The translations under genes were made by a program, and so were the position numbers. From Wolbachia endosymbiont of Drosophila innubila (GTDB lineage: Bacteria; Pseudomonadota; Alphaproteobacteria; Rickettsiales; Anaplasmataceae): 32,000 nucleotides of DNA. The stretch spans positions 90,001 through 122,000 of the forward strand of contig NZ_CP076228.1 of assembly GCF_021378375.1 (NCBI RefSeq), in the 5' to 3' direction. Positions 10,701 to 21,439 of the stretch are shown here, in pieces. Every line of letters starts with the position of its first letter. Within the stretch, counting starts at the first letter, position 1. The notes beneath the pieces are model-generated. The model was not told the origin of the DNA. It was given only the letters and a program-made list of their open reading frames with translations, and searched no databases.

Positions 10701-10923
10701 CATTGGAAAGCGAGTATTGCTGCATAAAGGAATCTACAATACTTAATTTATTGTGTTTGATTTTTTCAATAACTTGTTTTGCAATATTATAAATTCTATT
10801 TTTTGAATCAGCCGAAAGCTCTGCTTTTTCTACAAGATAACGTATATAACTCTTTTCATCAGTACGATAAAATCCTTGTAAACGTTTTCTGAGTTCATTA
10901 GGTTCTTGTATAGAGCTTATCAT
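7783..10923 (-). CDS. putA: Bifunctional proline dehydrogenase / delta-1-pyrroline-5-carboxylate dehydrogenase
   Basis: PRODH block ([12 protein letters not shown]...[15 protein letters not shown]), ALDH block ([45 protein letters not shown]) and C-terminal [18 protein letters not shown]. Confidence 0.97.
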   Translation of the reverse strand: [1046 protein letters not shown]

Positions 10924-11057
10924 ATATAATTATCTCCAAAAAATACTCCGACACCATATGTATGGTGAAATTATATCATAACTTTGCGCAGAGCAAATTG
11001 CTATTTACAAAGGGATCAGGGCTGGCTAAAAGAAGTCCATGCAATAACTTCACTAAA

Positions 11058-13643
11058 TCAAAAAGATTGTGCAAGTATGTAGCTCAACACTCCACCACAC
11101 ATCAAGTATTTAGTCTCAGTTGCGGTTTGTACACAGCATTTGAGTTGAATTGATTGTTCAGAATTATCCTTTCCTTTGATGATACATTCTAGATTTCCAC
11201 CTGGCACTATTTCACCTTTTATGCTTATTACCTTACTACCATCAAATATCTTTCTGGTTATTCCATTTTGGAATATAAGTGGAAGAACACCCATACCAAC
11301 TAAGTTGGACCTATGTATACGCTCAAAGCTTTCTGCAATTACAACTTTAATCCCCAACAATAAAGTACCCTTTGCTGCCCAATCCCTACTTGAACCTGTG
11401 CCATACTCCTTTCCTGCCACAATGATGAGAGCTTCCTTGTAGCGCATCGCCGCATCAAAAATTGGCATAGTTTCTTGAGAAGGAATATATTTTGTATATC
11501 CACCTTCGGTGCTAACCATTTCATTTTTTATTCTAATGTTAGCAAAAGTCCCACGCATCATTACATTGTGATTACCACGGCGAGACCCGTATGAATTGAA
11601 ATCCCGTGGTTCAATTCCAAGCCCTTTTAAATATAGACCGGCAGGACTACTCGAGGCAATATTTCCCGCAGGGGAAATATGATCAGTAGTTATGCTATCG
11701 CCAAACATTGCTAATATTTGTGCATCCTTTATATCGATTTTATTATTTTTAGGTGATAAGTTATCAAAATAAGGCGGATTTTGTATGTAAGTACTGTTTG
11801 CATCCCAATTATAGATTTCACTTTTTTCACACTTTATCTTCCGCCAATGTTCATCACCAGAAAAAACATCCTTATACTTTTGTATAAACATCTCACGTGT
11901 TACCACACTTTTAACACAATCTTCGATTTCATTGTTTGTTGGCCATATATCTTTGAGATAGACATCATTTCCATTCTTATCTTTGCATATTGAATCTTTT
12001 GTCAGATCAATTTGCACAGTACCAGCAAGTGCATATGCAACAACAAGTGGCGGAGATGCCAAGTAATTAGCTTTGACTAACGGATGAATTCTTCCTTCAA
12101 AGTTACGATTGCCAGATAAAACTGCAGCAACGGTTAAGTTTTTGTTTTTAATGCCATCTTCTATATCTTTATTAAGTGGACCAGAATTCCCAATGCAAGT
12201 TGTGCAACCATATCCAACTAGATTAAAACCCAAAGCATTTAGATCTACCTGCAATCCAGACTTTTCTAAATATTCTGTTACAACTTGTGACCCTGGAGCA
12301 AGAGAAGTTTTAACCCAAGGCTTTGATTTTAATCCAAGTTTAATTGCATTACGAGCTACAAGACCTGCAGCAATCATCACACTTGGATTTGAAGTATTAG
12401 TGCAGCTTGTTATTGCTGCAATAACTACACTTCCATCTTGGAGTTTATCGCTTTCCTTTGACTCATTAACTGAAAATGATTTAGAAAAAGACTCTGCCAC
12501 TTGTGAAAGAAAAACCTTATCTTGTGGTCTTTTAGGACCAGCCATTACTGGCTTCACGCTCGATAAATCAAGTTCTAGTGCGTCAAAAAATGCTAACTCA
12601 TTATTGCCACGCCACAATCCTTGCTCTTTCGCATAAGCCTCAACTAACTTAATCAGCTTTTCTGGTCGCCCTGTTAAATGTAAATAATCGAGTGTTTTCT
12701 GATCAATTGGAAAAAACCCACAAGTTGCACCATACTCTGGGGCCATGTTTGCTATAGTGGCTCTATCTGCCAAAGATAAATAATCTAAACCATCACCATA
12801 AAATTCTACAAACTTACCAACAACGCCTTTTGTTCTTAGGATATTGGTAACCGTCAGCACTAAATCAGTCGCAGTTACTCCTTCCGGCAGTCTGCCAATT
12901 AATTTAAATCCAACTACTTCTGGAATCACCATACTAATTGGTTGACCAAGCATCACAGACTCAGCTTCTATGCCTCCAACACCCCAACCAAGAACTGATA
13001 ACCCGTTAACCATTGTAGTATGGCTGTCAGTACCAACTAAAGTATCAGGATATATGACTCCATCATTATTACACACAACTTGCGCTAAATATTCAAGGTT
13101 CACTTGGTGGCAAATCCCTGTGCCAGGCGGCACTACTCTAAAATTTGTGAAGGACGATTCTCCCCACTTTAAAAATTGATATCTCTCCAAATTTCTTTTT
13201 ACTTCTAACTCAACATTCTTACTGAATGCGGAAACACTTCCATAACTATCTACTTGAACAGAATGGTCAATCACAAGATCAACCGGTACAGACGGATTTA
13301 TATTGCTTGGGTTTCCTCCATTTTTCTTAACATAGTCCCGCATTGAAGCTAGATCAACAACAGCAGGAACCCCTGTAAAATCTTGCATCAACACCCTTGC
13401 TGGTTTATAGCTAATTTCGTGATTAGTGTGTTTATTAACGCAGTCTGCTAGTACTCTTATGTCATCTAGCTTTACGTTTACTCCATCTTCATTGCGCAAT
13501 AAACTTTCAAGCAGAACCTTAAGTGAGCAAGGCAATTTAGTCACATCTATTCCTAAAAATTCACTAGCACTACTTAGGCTAAAATAGTTGTATGACTTCC
13601 CGTCAATGTTTAAAGTCGTTTTTGCATTTAAAGAATTGTTCAT
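11058..13643 (-). CDS. acnA: Aconitate hydratase
   Basis: VDLVIDHSVQVD, GTDSHTTMVNGLSVLGWGVGGIEAE, ITSCTNTSNPSVM, GYGCTTCIGNSGPL, FGDSITTDHISPAG and YGTGSSRDWAAKG motifs. Confidence 0.97.
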   Translation of the reverse strand: MNNSLNAKTTLNIDGKSYNYFSLSSASEFLGIDVTKLPCSLKVLLESLLRNEDGVNVKLDDIRVLADCVNKHTNHEISYKPARVLMQDFTGVPAVVDLASMRDYVKKNGGNPSNINPSVPVDLVIDHSVQVDSYGSVSAFSKNVELEVKRNLERYQFLKWGESSFTNFRVVPPGTGICHQVNLEYLAQVVCNNDGVIYPDTLVGTDSHTTMVNGLSVLGWGVGGIEAESVMLGQPISMVIPEVVGFKLIGRLPEGVTATDLVLTVTNILRTKGVVGKFVEFYGDGLDYLSLADRATIANMAPEYGATCGFFPIDQKTLDYLHLTGRPEKLIKLVEAYAKEQGLWRGNNELAFFDALELDLSSVKPVMAGPKRPQDKVFLSQVAESFSKSFSVNESKESDKLQDGSVVIAAITSCTNTSNPSVMIAAGLVARNAIKLGLKSKPWVKTSLAPGSQVVTEYLEKSGLQVDLNALGFNLVGYGCTTCIGNSGPLNKDIEDGIKNKNLTVAAVLSGNRNFEGRIHPLVKANYLASPPLVVAYALAGTVQIDLTKDSICKDKNGNDVYLKDIWPTNNEIEDCVKSVVTREMFIQKYKDVFSGDEHWRKIKCEKSEIYNWDANSTYIQNPPYFDNLSPKNNKIDIKDAQILAMFGDSITTDHISPAGNIASSSPAGLYLKGLGIEPRDFNSYGSRRGNHNVMMRGTFANIRIKNEMVSTEGGYTKYIPSQETMPIFDAAMRYKEALIIVAGKEYGTGSSRDWAAKGTLLLGIKVVIAESFERIHRSNLVGMGVLPLIFQNGITRKIFDGSKVISIKGEIVPGGNLECIIKGKDNSEQSIQLKCCVQTATETKYLMCGGVLSYILAQSF

Positions 13644-13657
13644 CCTATCACACTATA

Positions 13658-14161
13658 TTAGTTAAAATTGGAATTACTACCGTTACTTTTTTGTTGTTGA
13701 CCTTGCTGCTCATACATAGTTTCAAAATCTATAGGATCTAGCATCAGTGGGGGAAATCCACCACTACTTGTAACTCTTGCAATTATTTCTCTTGCAAAAG
13801 GGAAAAGAAAAGTAGGTCCGCCAATAAACAAAGCTTGTCTTACCTCTTCCTCACTCAACTCTTTTAAATTTTCTATTGAAAAAATGCCACAATATTTCGT
13901 CTCACAAATGAAAGCTACACCATCTTTTATGCCTTCATCTTTTACCGTTGCTTTGACTTCTATATGCAAAGTAATTTCATGAAAAGATTTTTCTTCATTC
14001 ACTTCTTCTTTGTTTTTCGTCCCTTCTAATTTTGCTGAATTGATATTAACCATTACATTAATATCTGGAGCTTTACTAGAAGAAAGGAATGGCGAATTCG
14101 GATTCTCAAATGATAGATCTTTAACATATTGACCGTGAATTCTCATTTTTTGTTGTGGCAT
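13658..14161 (-). CDS. secB: Protein-export chaperone SecB
   Basis: 'YVKDLSFENPNSP', 'VNINSAKLE', 'CETKYCGIFSIENL', 'LFPFAREIIARVTSSGGFPPLMLDPIDFETMY'. Confidence 0.95.
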   Translation of the reverse strand: MPQQKMRIHGQYVKDLSFENPNSPFLSSSKAPDINVMVNINSAKLEGTKNKEEVNEEKSFHEITLHIEVKATVKDEGIKDGVAFICETKYCGIFSIENLKELSEEEVRQALFIGGPTFLFPFAREIIARVTSSGGFPPLMLDPIDFETMYEQQGQQQKSNGSNSNFN

Positions 14162-14325
14162 TTCTTACGTCTCCTTTAATTAAGTTGAGATATTTAATAC
14201 TTTCTTATATAATATATTCATTTACAAACGAATAGCAAACCTGATTATAAGTTGATATGAAAAACATATTTTCATTAATAATTAATAATGTTCGGATACT
14301 TTATATGCCAAGGAGTTGAGTTACT

Positions 14326-14976
14326 ATGATAGAGCTTGTAATATATGCTTTATTAGCGGCGTTCATTTTTTCACGTTTGTATAATTCTTTAGGAAGGTCA
14401 GCCAACCTCAACCTAAAAAAGCTAACTAATGTATTGGATGTAAGCCGAAGTAGAGAAGATGTAGTAGAAAACATTGAGGGTTACATTGATAGCAATGATG
14501 AAAATTCAATAAAAGTTACTTATAAACAAATATTAAAAAAAAACAAAGATTTTTCTATTTCCCACTTTATAGAAGGTTCAAGCATAGCTTTTGAATTAAT
14601 AATAAAATGTTTCAATCAAGGAAATTTGTCTCAGTTAAAACCACTTCTCGATAAAGACTTATATGATAATTTTGCAGAGAAGATTAAACATCGTAAAGAG
14701 GTGCACGAGTCTATAATTGTTTCTATCGTTTCACAAAAGATTTTAGAAATAAAGCTAGTAAAAAACGCAGTGTTTATTGCAGTATATTTCCTTTCAGAGC
14801 AAATTAACTTCGTTAAGAACAATGAAGGAGATATAATATCAGGTAGTACATCCACTATTAATAAAGTTGAGGATGTATGGCAATTCAAAAAAAATGTTAA
14901 TTCATCAGACCCAAGCTGGTTGCTTGTTTCTATTCACTATAAAAAGACAAGTAACGATAAGACAAATGATAAGTAA
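14326..14976 (+). CDS. Tim44/TimA family protein (Tim44-like domain)
   Basis: 'IYALLAAFIFSRLYNSLGRS...FIEGSSIAFELIIKCFNQGNLSQLKPLLDKDLYDNFAEKI...VEDVWQFKKNVNSSDPSWLLVSI' Tim44-like architecture. Confidence 0.85.
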   Translation: MIELVIYALLAAFIFSRLYNSLGRSANLNLKKLTNVLDVSRSREDVVENIEGYIDSNDENSIKVTYKQILKKNKDFSISHFIEGSSIAFELIIKCFNQGNLSQLKPLLDKDLYDNFAEKIKHRKEVHESIIVSIVSQKILEIKLVKNAVFIAVYFLSEQINFVKNNEGDIISGSTSTINKVEDVWQFKKNVNSSDPSWLLVSIHYKKTSNDKTNDK

Positions 14977-14993
14977 GATGAGTTTTATTTGAA

Positions 14994-15689
14994 ATGGAAA
15001 GCAAGCTACGCGAAATAGTACTTGACACTGAAACGACAGGTCTTGACACTGAATCTGGTCATCGAATTATTGAAATAGGGTGTGTGGAATTAATTAACCG
15101 CATTCCAACAGGTAAAGTATTCCATCGGTACCTTAACCCAGAAAGAGATATACCTTATCACTCGTTTAAGATTCACGGTATTAGTGAAGAATTTTTAGAA
15201 GATAAACCATTATTTTCAGATGTTGCACTTGAATTTCTTGACTTTATATCTAATGATATTTTGGTAATTCACAACGCTGAATTCGATGTTAAGTTCCTTA
15301 ACATGGAGTTAAGCAAGCTGAATGCTAGGTTAATTTCCTCAGACAGAGTGCTAGATACATTACCTCTTGCGAGGAAAAAATTCGCAGGATCACCTGCTTC
15401 TTTGAATGCATTATGTAAGCGTTTTGATATATCGCTAGAGAATAGAGAATTGCACGGAGCACTAGTTGATGCTCAATTGCTTGCAAAGGTATATGTTGAA
15501 CTTACAGGAGGGTTACAAACCTTTCTGTTTGATAATGAATGCAATCAGGACAGTAACTCCACATTCGTTCAGCATAAAGTACGTAATCTAACTCCCAGAG
15601 AACATTTACCAAATAGTGAAGAAATTGATGAACATAAGAAACTGTTAGACAAAATTAACAATACACTTTGGAATAAATATATTGAATAG
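14994..15689 (+). CDS. dnaQ: DNA polymerase III subunit epsilon
   Basis: 'REIVLDTETTGLDTESGHRIIEIGCVELINR', 'VIHNAEFDVKFLNMEL', 'HGALVDAQLLAKVYVELTGG' exonuclease motifs. Confidence 0.96.
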   Translation: MESKLREIVLDTETTGLDTESGHRIIEIGCVELINRIPTGKVFHRYLNPERDIPYHSFKIHGISEEFLEDKPLFSDVALEFLDFISNDILVIHNAEFDVKFLNMELSKLNARLISSDRVLDTLPLARKKFAGSPASLNALCKRFDISLENRELHGALVDAQLLAKVYVELTGGLQTFLFDNECNQDSNSTFVQHKVRNLTPREHLPNSEEIDEHKKLLDKINNTLWNKYIE

Positions 15690-15733
15690 GTTAACCAATA
15701 AAGATACAATTCAATTTTACTGAGAGCATTCTA

Positions 15734-16342
15734 ATGGTAAGGTTTATAAGATTATTATCTAATGTGCTAGCAGCATTAGCAGTTGTTTTTTTAGGTTATT
15801 GTTATTTCACTAAAAAAGGCATATTTGCCCCAGCAGCGATTCACAACGCAGAAGTTAAGATAGGCGGAGGTTTTTCTTTAATTAATCAGGACGGACAGAT
15901 CTTGCGCAGTAGTGATTTTAAAGATAAATACATGATGATTTTCTTTGGGTTTTCCTCATGCAAAAGAATTTGCCCTATGAACCTTGGAATAATTTCAGAA
16001 ACACTTGCAAAGTTAGATGAGAAAACTAACAACAAGCTACAAACATTCTTCATCACAGTCGATCCTGAGCGCGATAGCACGGAAAGACTTAAAGAATTTC
16101 AGCAGCAATTTGACCACAGAATACAAATGTTAACTGGTGAAAGAGAAAAAATAGACGAAGTAATTGCAAAGTATAAAGTATATGCTAGCAAAGTTGGTGG
16201 AGAAGAAGAAATCAACCATTCTTCAATAATGTACCTTATTGGCCCTGGAGGAAAATATGTTACACACTTTGCAGCTGATTTAAATTCAGACGAAAGTCAA
16301 TCTGATAAGATTTTGGCTGAGATAAGAAAATACGTAAACTGA
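15734..16342 (+). CDS. SCO1/SenC family cytochrome oxidase assembly protein
   Basis: 'GGGFSLINQDGQILRSSDFKDKYMMIFFGFSSCKRICPMNLGII' (CxxxC), 'FFITVDPERDSTERLKEF', 'HSSIMYLIGPGGKYVTHF'. Confidence 0.93.
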   Translation: MVRFIRLLSNVLAALAVVFLGYCYFTKKGIFAPAAIHNAEVKIGGGFSLINQDGQILRSSDFKDKYMMIFFGFSSCKRICPMNLGIISETLAKLDEKTNNKLQTFFITVDPERDSTERLKEFQQQFDHRIQMLTGEREKIDEVIAKYKVYASKVGGEEEINHSSIMYLIGPGGKYVTHFAADLNSDESQSDKILAEIRKYVN

Positions 16343-16375
16343 ATTATAGATTTTTCTGTTAATTAGTCGAGCATG

Positions 16376-16505
16376 CAACTGCATGAGCATTATGATTTGA
16401 GAGCAATCTCCATGGGAAGACACACACAACTGTACGAACGTTGTAGTTTGGGAGCAATTCCCACCAGTGGGGTGTCATCCCAGTGCCCAGACACTGGGAT
16501 CCAGC
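16376..16505. repeat. Degenerate ~54-bp direct repeats plus dispersed palindromic repeat
   Basis: 'caactgcatgagcattatgatttgagagcaatctcca' and 'caactgtacgaacgttgtagtttgggagcaattccca', followed by 'gtgtcatcccagtgcccagacactgggatccag'. Confidence 0.6.
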
Positions 16506-16600
16506 TTCTATGCAACTTAATTAAAAACGTTTGTTTTAGCGTAAGACAACTACCTTTAGCTCATCAGCTCAGTTATAAGCAAAATTTCTGGATTCCAGTG

Positions 16601-16926
16601 GGCTTTGTTGCATCGCTACTTATGAAAGGCTAACTATAGTTAGGATTATAAGTAACTTATTGAAAATCTTGTTTTTTTGCAATCAATCTGATCAAATTTA
16701 AGAATAGTAATTTATTATTTACATTAATAAATTTAATTCTATTGAAAATAGCTAAAGCATTGAAATTCTTGAATTTTAGCCGGATTAGTGAGTGGTAGTG
16801 AAATTTCTTTTACTCAAATTTAGGTATTCACTGACCGTTCTTGTTATAAATACCAGAATAATAAGCTACTGATATTCTCCATCTTTTTTATCTTTAATCC
16901 ATCATAGCTAGCGATGCAACAAAGCC
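16601..16926. mobile_element. MITE-like or internally deleted IS, 326 bp, 18-bp perfect TIRs, 9-bp target duplication
   Basis: 16601-16618 ggctttgttgcatcgcta and 16909-16926 tagcgatgcaacaaagcc are exact reverse complements; 'attccagtg' directly flanks both sides (16592-16600 and 16927-16935); no transposase ORF inside. Confidence 0.82.
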
Positions 16927-17099
16927 ATTCCAGTGTCAAGCACTGGAATGACATCATCTGTTGTGCAATTTACCTTCAAAAATGAATGTTCGTACAGTTA
17001 TGGAAGACACATTGGAATGACACTATTTGCTGTCTTCAAAAATAAACATTCGTAAAGTTGTGCTTTTAATATGGGTTATCAGTTTAAAAATGTTGCTAA

Positions 17100-19538
<2,439 letters not shown>

Positions 19539-19624
19539 ACTTTTAGCAAAATGTACGAACGTTACGGGTTTAAGCAAAGACTGTGTCATTCAAGTAGCTG
19601 ACACTGGTTCCTTTATAACGGTGT

Positions 19625-19743
19625 CATTCCAGTGCTTGACACTGGAATCCAGGTTGCTCACAAGCAAACTAGCATAGAAAGTGGTTACAACGTTTTCGAT
19701 GAGATTGCAGAAAGGCTGGATTCCAGTGTCAAGCACTGGAATG
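19625..19743. repeat. Perfect 28-bp inverted repeat arms (each arm also palindromic)
   Basis: 19625-19652 cattccagtgcttgacactggaatccag; 19716-19743 ctggattccagtgtcaagcactggaatg is its exact reverse complement. Confidence 0.9.
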
Positions 19744-19759
19744 AAAGCAGTCCTACGTC

Positions 19760-19890
19760 ATGCCGCGATTCATTCGCGGTATCTCTAGATCCCGCTAACA
19801 AGCAGCGGGATGACGGTTGTCAGGGTGTCATCCCACTACCTTCTCCTGTCATCCCAGTGCCTCCCTCCCCTGTCATCCAAGTAGCTTGAC
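19760..19890. repeat. Dispersed intergenic palindromic repeats
   Basis: 'gccgcgattcattcgcggtatctctagatcccgctaacaagcagcgggatgacggttgtca' matches the 3440-3667 family. Confidence 0.8.
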
Positions 19891-20069
19891 ACTTGTATCT
19901 TTATGATGTGAGGCATTAGAGCTAAAATACCTCACAGGGAGGGTGAAGCTGATGCAACGCTAATGCCATTAAGGCCGAATCCCAGATTTTGCTTCCCTCC
20001 CATAGAGTTATAGCTCTTCTCATAATAATCCCAATAAGGTAAGAATGGATTTATGGTAGAGGGGTTTGT

Positions 20070-20183
20070 ATGCCAGCAGCGTATAGTTACGACTTAAGGA
20101 AAAAAGCAATGGAAGCAATGGAAGCAATGGAAGCAATGGAAGCATTGGATGAAGGAGAAAGTAGAGCAACTGTTGCCAAGTGA
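20070..20183 (+). pseudogene. IS630-family transposase N-terminal fragment, truncated by the adjoining IS3 element
   Basis: MPAAYSYDLRKKAMEAMEAMEAMEAMEALDEGESRATVAK* ; the start resembles IS630 N-termini and the TGA stop is the first three bases of the IS3 left TIR. Confidence 0.75.
20109..20144 (+). repeat. 9-bp microsatellite (atggaagca)x4
   Basis: Four exact tandem copies of atggaagca, in frame as MEA. Confidence 0.95.
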
Positions 20184-20253
20184 CCTTACCCAGAAAAAGT
20201 GGAGAGAAAGAAAAGAGTTTTTTTGGGTAAAATAAAATTTTGGAGGATTAGAA

Positions 20254-20499
20254 ATGGTAAGAGAATATACAGCAGAATTCAAATTGGAAGCTGTTAAACT
20301 GGCAAATGAACAAAGAAAGGTAGGTCAACCAGTTGCAAAAGTAGCAAGAGATCTAGGAATAAGGGATAGTGTATTAGGAAAATGGATAAAGAAACACAAC
20401 GAAAAAAAGTCGGCGGCAAATGCATTTCCAGATGTAGCACCTTATGACAAAGAGAGGTTTGATTTACAAAGCAAGAGTAACAAGGGAAAGAGACATTAA
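20254..20499 (+). CDS. IS3-family transposase OrfA
   Basis: 'MVREYTAEFKLEAVKLANEQRKVGQPVAKVARDLGIRDSVLGKWIKKHNE' helix-turn-helix. Confidence 0.88.
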   Translation: MVREYTAEFKLEAVKLANEQRKVGQPVAKVARDLGIRDSVLGKWIKKHNEKKSAANAFPDVAPYDKERFDLQSKSNKGKRH

Positions 20500-20529
20500 A
20501 AAAAAAGCCCTGGCCAGTCAAAAAGAGTA

Positions 20530-21287
20530 AAATATTTTTTTATATAGTAACTGCTATAAAGTACAGGAATTATGTAGGATTTTCTGCTAGTGGCTACTAT
20601 AAGTGGACCACAAGAAAAATAAGCAGTAGAGAATCAGCAAATAAAGAGCTACTCGCAGCTATTCAAAAAATATATCAAGTTTCTAAATGTAGATATGGAG
20701 CTCCTAAAATTCATGCTGAATTGAAGGCTTTGGGTAAAAGTTGCAATTTGAAAACGGTGCAAAGTATTATGCAGAAAAATGACATCAGGGCTATACTGAG
20801 AAGAAAGTTTAAAATTAAAAAACAACAAACAGATAATAGAGCTGTAGCTCCCAATATACTAGATCAAAACTTTATTGTTGATCAACCAAATAAAGTATGG
20901 GATTACTTACATCAAAACCAAGGAGGGATGGCTATATTTGGCAGCAATAATTCTCACGTATGGTAGTTAATGAGTAGTGCAATAAATAAACAATTGGTTA
21001 TGAACTCTTTATTAATGGCCATTAATAGGCGTAAACCTGTTAAAATCTACTGCTGCACAGTGACCAAGGTTCACAATATACTGCGCAAGGGTATCAATAT
21101 CTCTTAGCTGTAAAGAATATAGATGAGTAATAAAGGCTGTTGTTACGACAATTCTGTTGCAGAAAGCTTCTTTAGCTCATTGAAAAGAGAAATACTTATT
21201 GATACTTCACAACACTCTGCTCAACAAACTAGAACTGCAATATTTGAATACATAGAAATTTTTTATAACAAACAACGTCACTATTAA
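20530..21287 (+). pseudogene. IS3-family OrfB (integrase core) remnant
   Basis: Fragments 'KQQTDNRAVAPNILDQNFIVDQPNKVWDY', 'GSQYTAQGYQYL', 'CYDNSVAESFFSSLKREILIDT...QTRTAIFEYIEIFYNKQRHY' interrupted by stops and frameshifts. Confidence 0.85.
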
Positions 21288-21439
21288 CTATTGCATTCCA
21301 GAACAATTTGATGCATCATTCTTTTTGTAAAAAACATTCCACACTTTCTCTCCACTTTTTCTGGGTAAGGTCAGTCAAACCTCCATTTTTTTTATATCAA
21401 TTTATTACTTTTTTTTCGGTTTGACACACTTTTTTGAAC

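Larger units (their letters stand above)
20181..21373 (+). mobile_element. Degenerate IS3-family element with TIRs
   Basis: Left TIR 20181-20210 tgaccttacccagaaaaagtggagagaaag; right TIR 21345-21373 ctttctctccacttttctgggtaaggtca (one-base indel). OrfA and OrfB remnants lie between them. Confidence 0.88.

Noticed and set aside
11176-13179. Plus-strand ORFs within acnA
   Set aside because: Antisense shadow ORFs of aconitase; no independent motif.
16373-16633. 86-aa ORF on + strand
   Set aside because: Lies on dispersed repeats and runs into the MITE TIR; composition is not protein-like.
19890-20070. Possible group II intron 5' end upstream of the IS630 fragment
   Set aside because: No domain V-like sequence, no GUGYG start and no reverse transcriptase frame seen.
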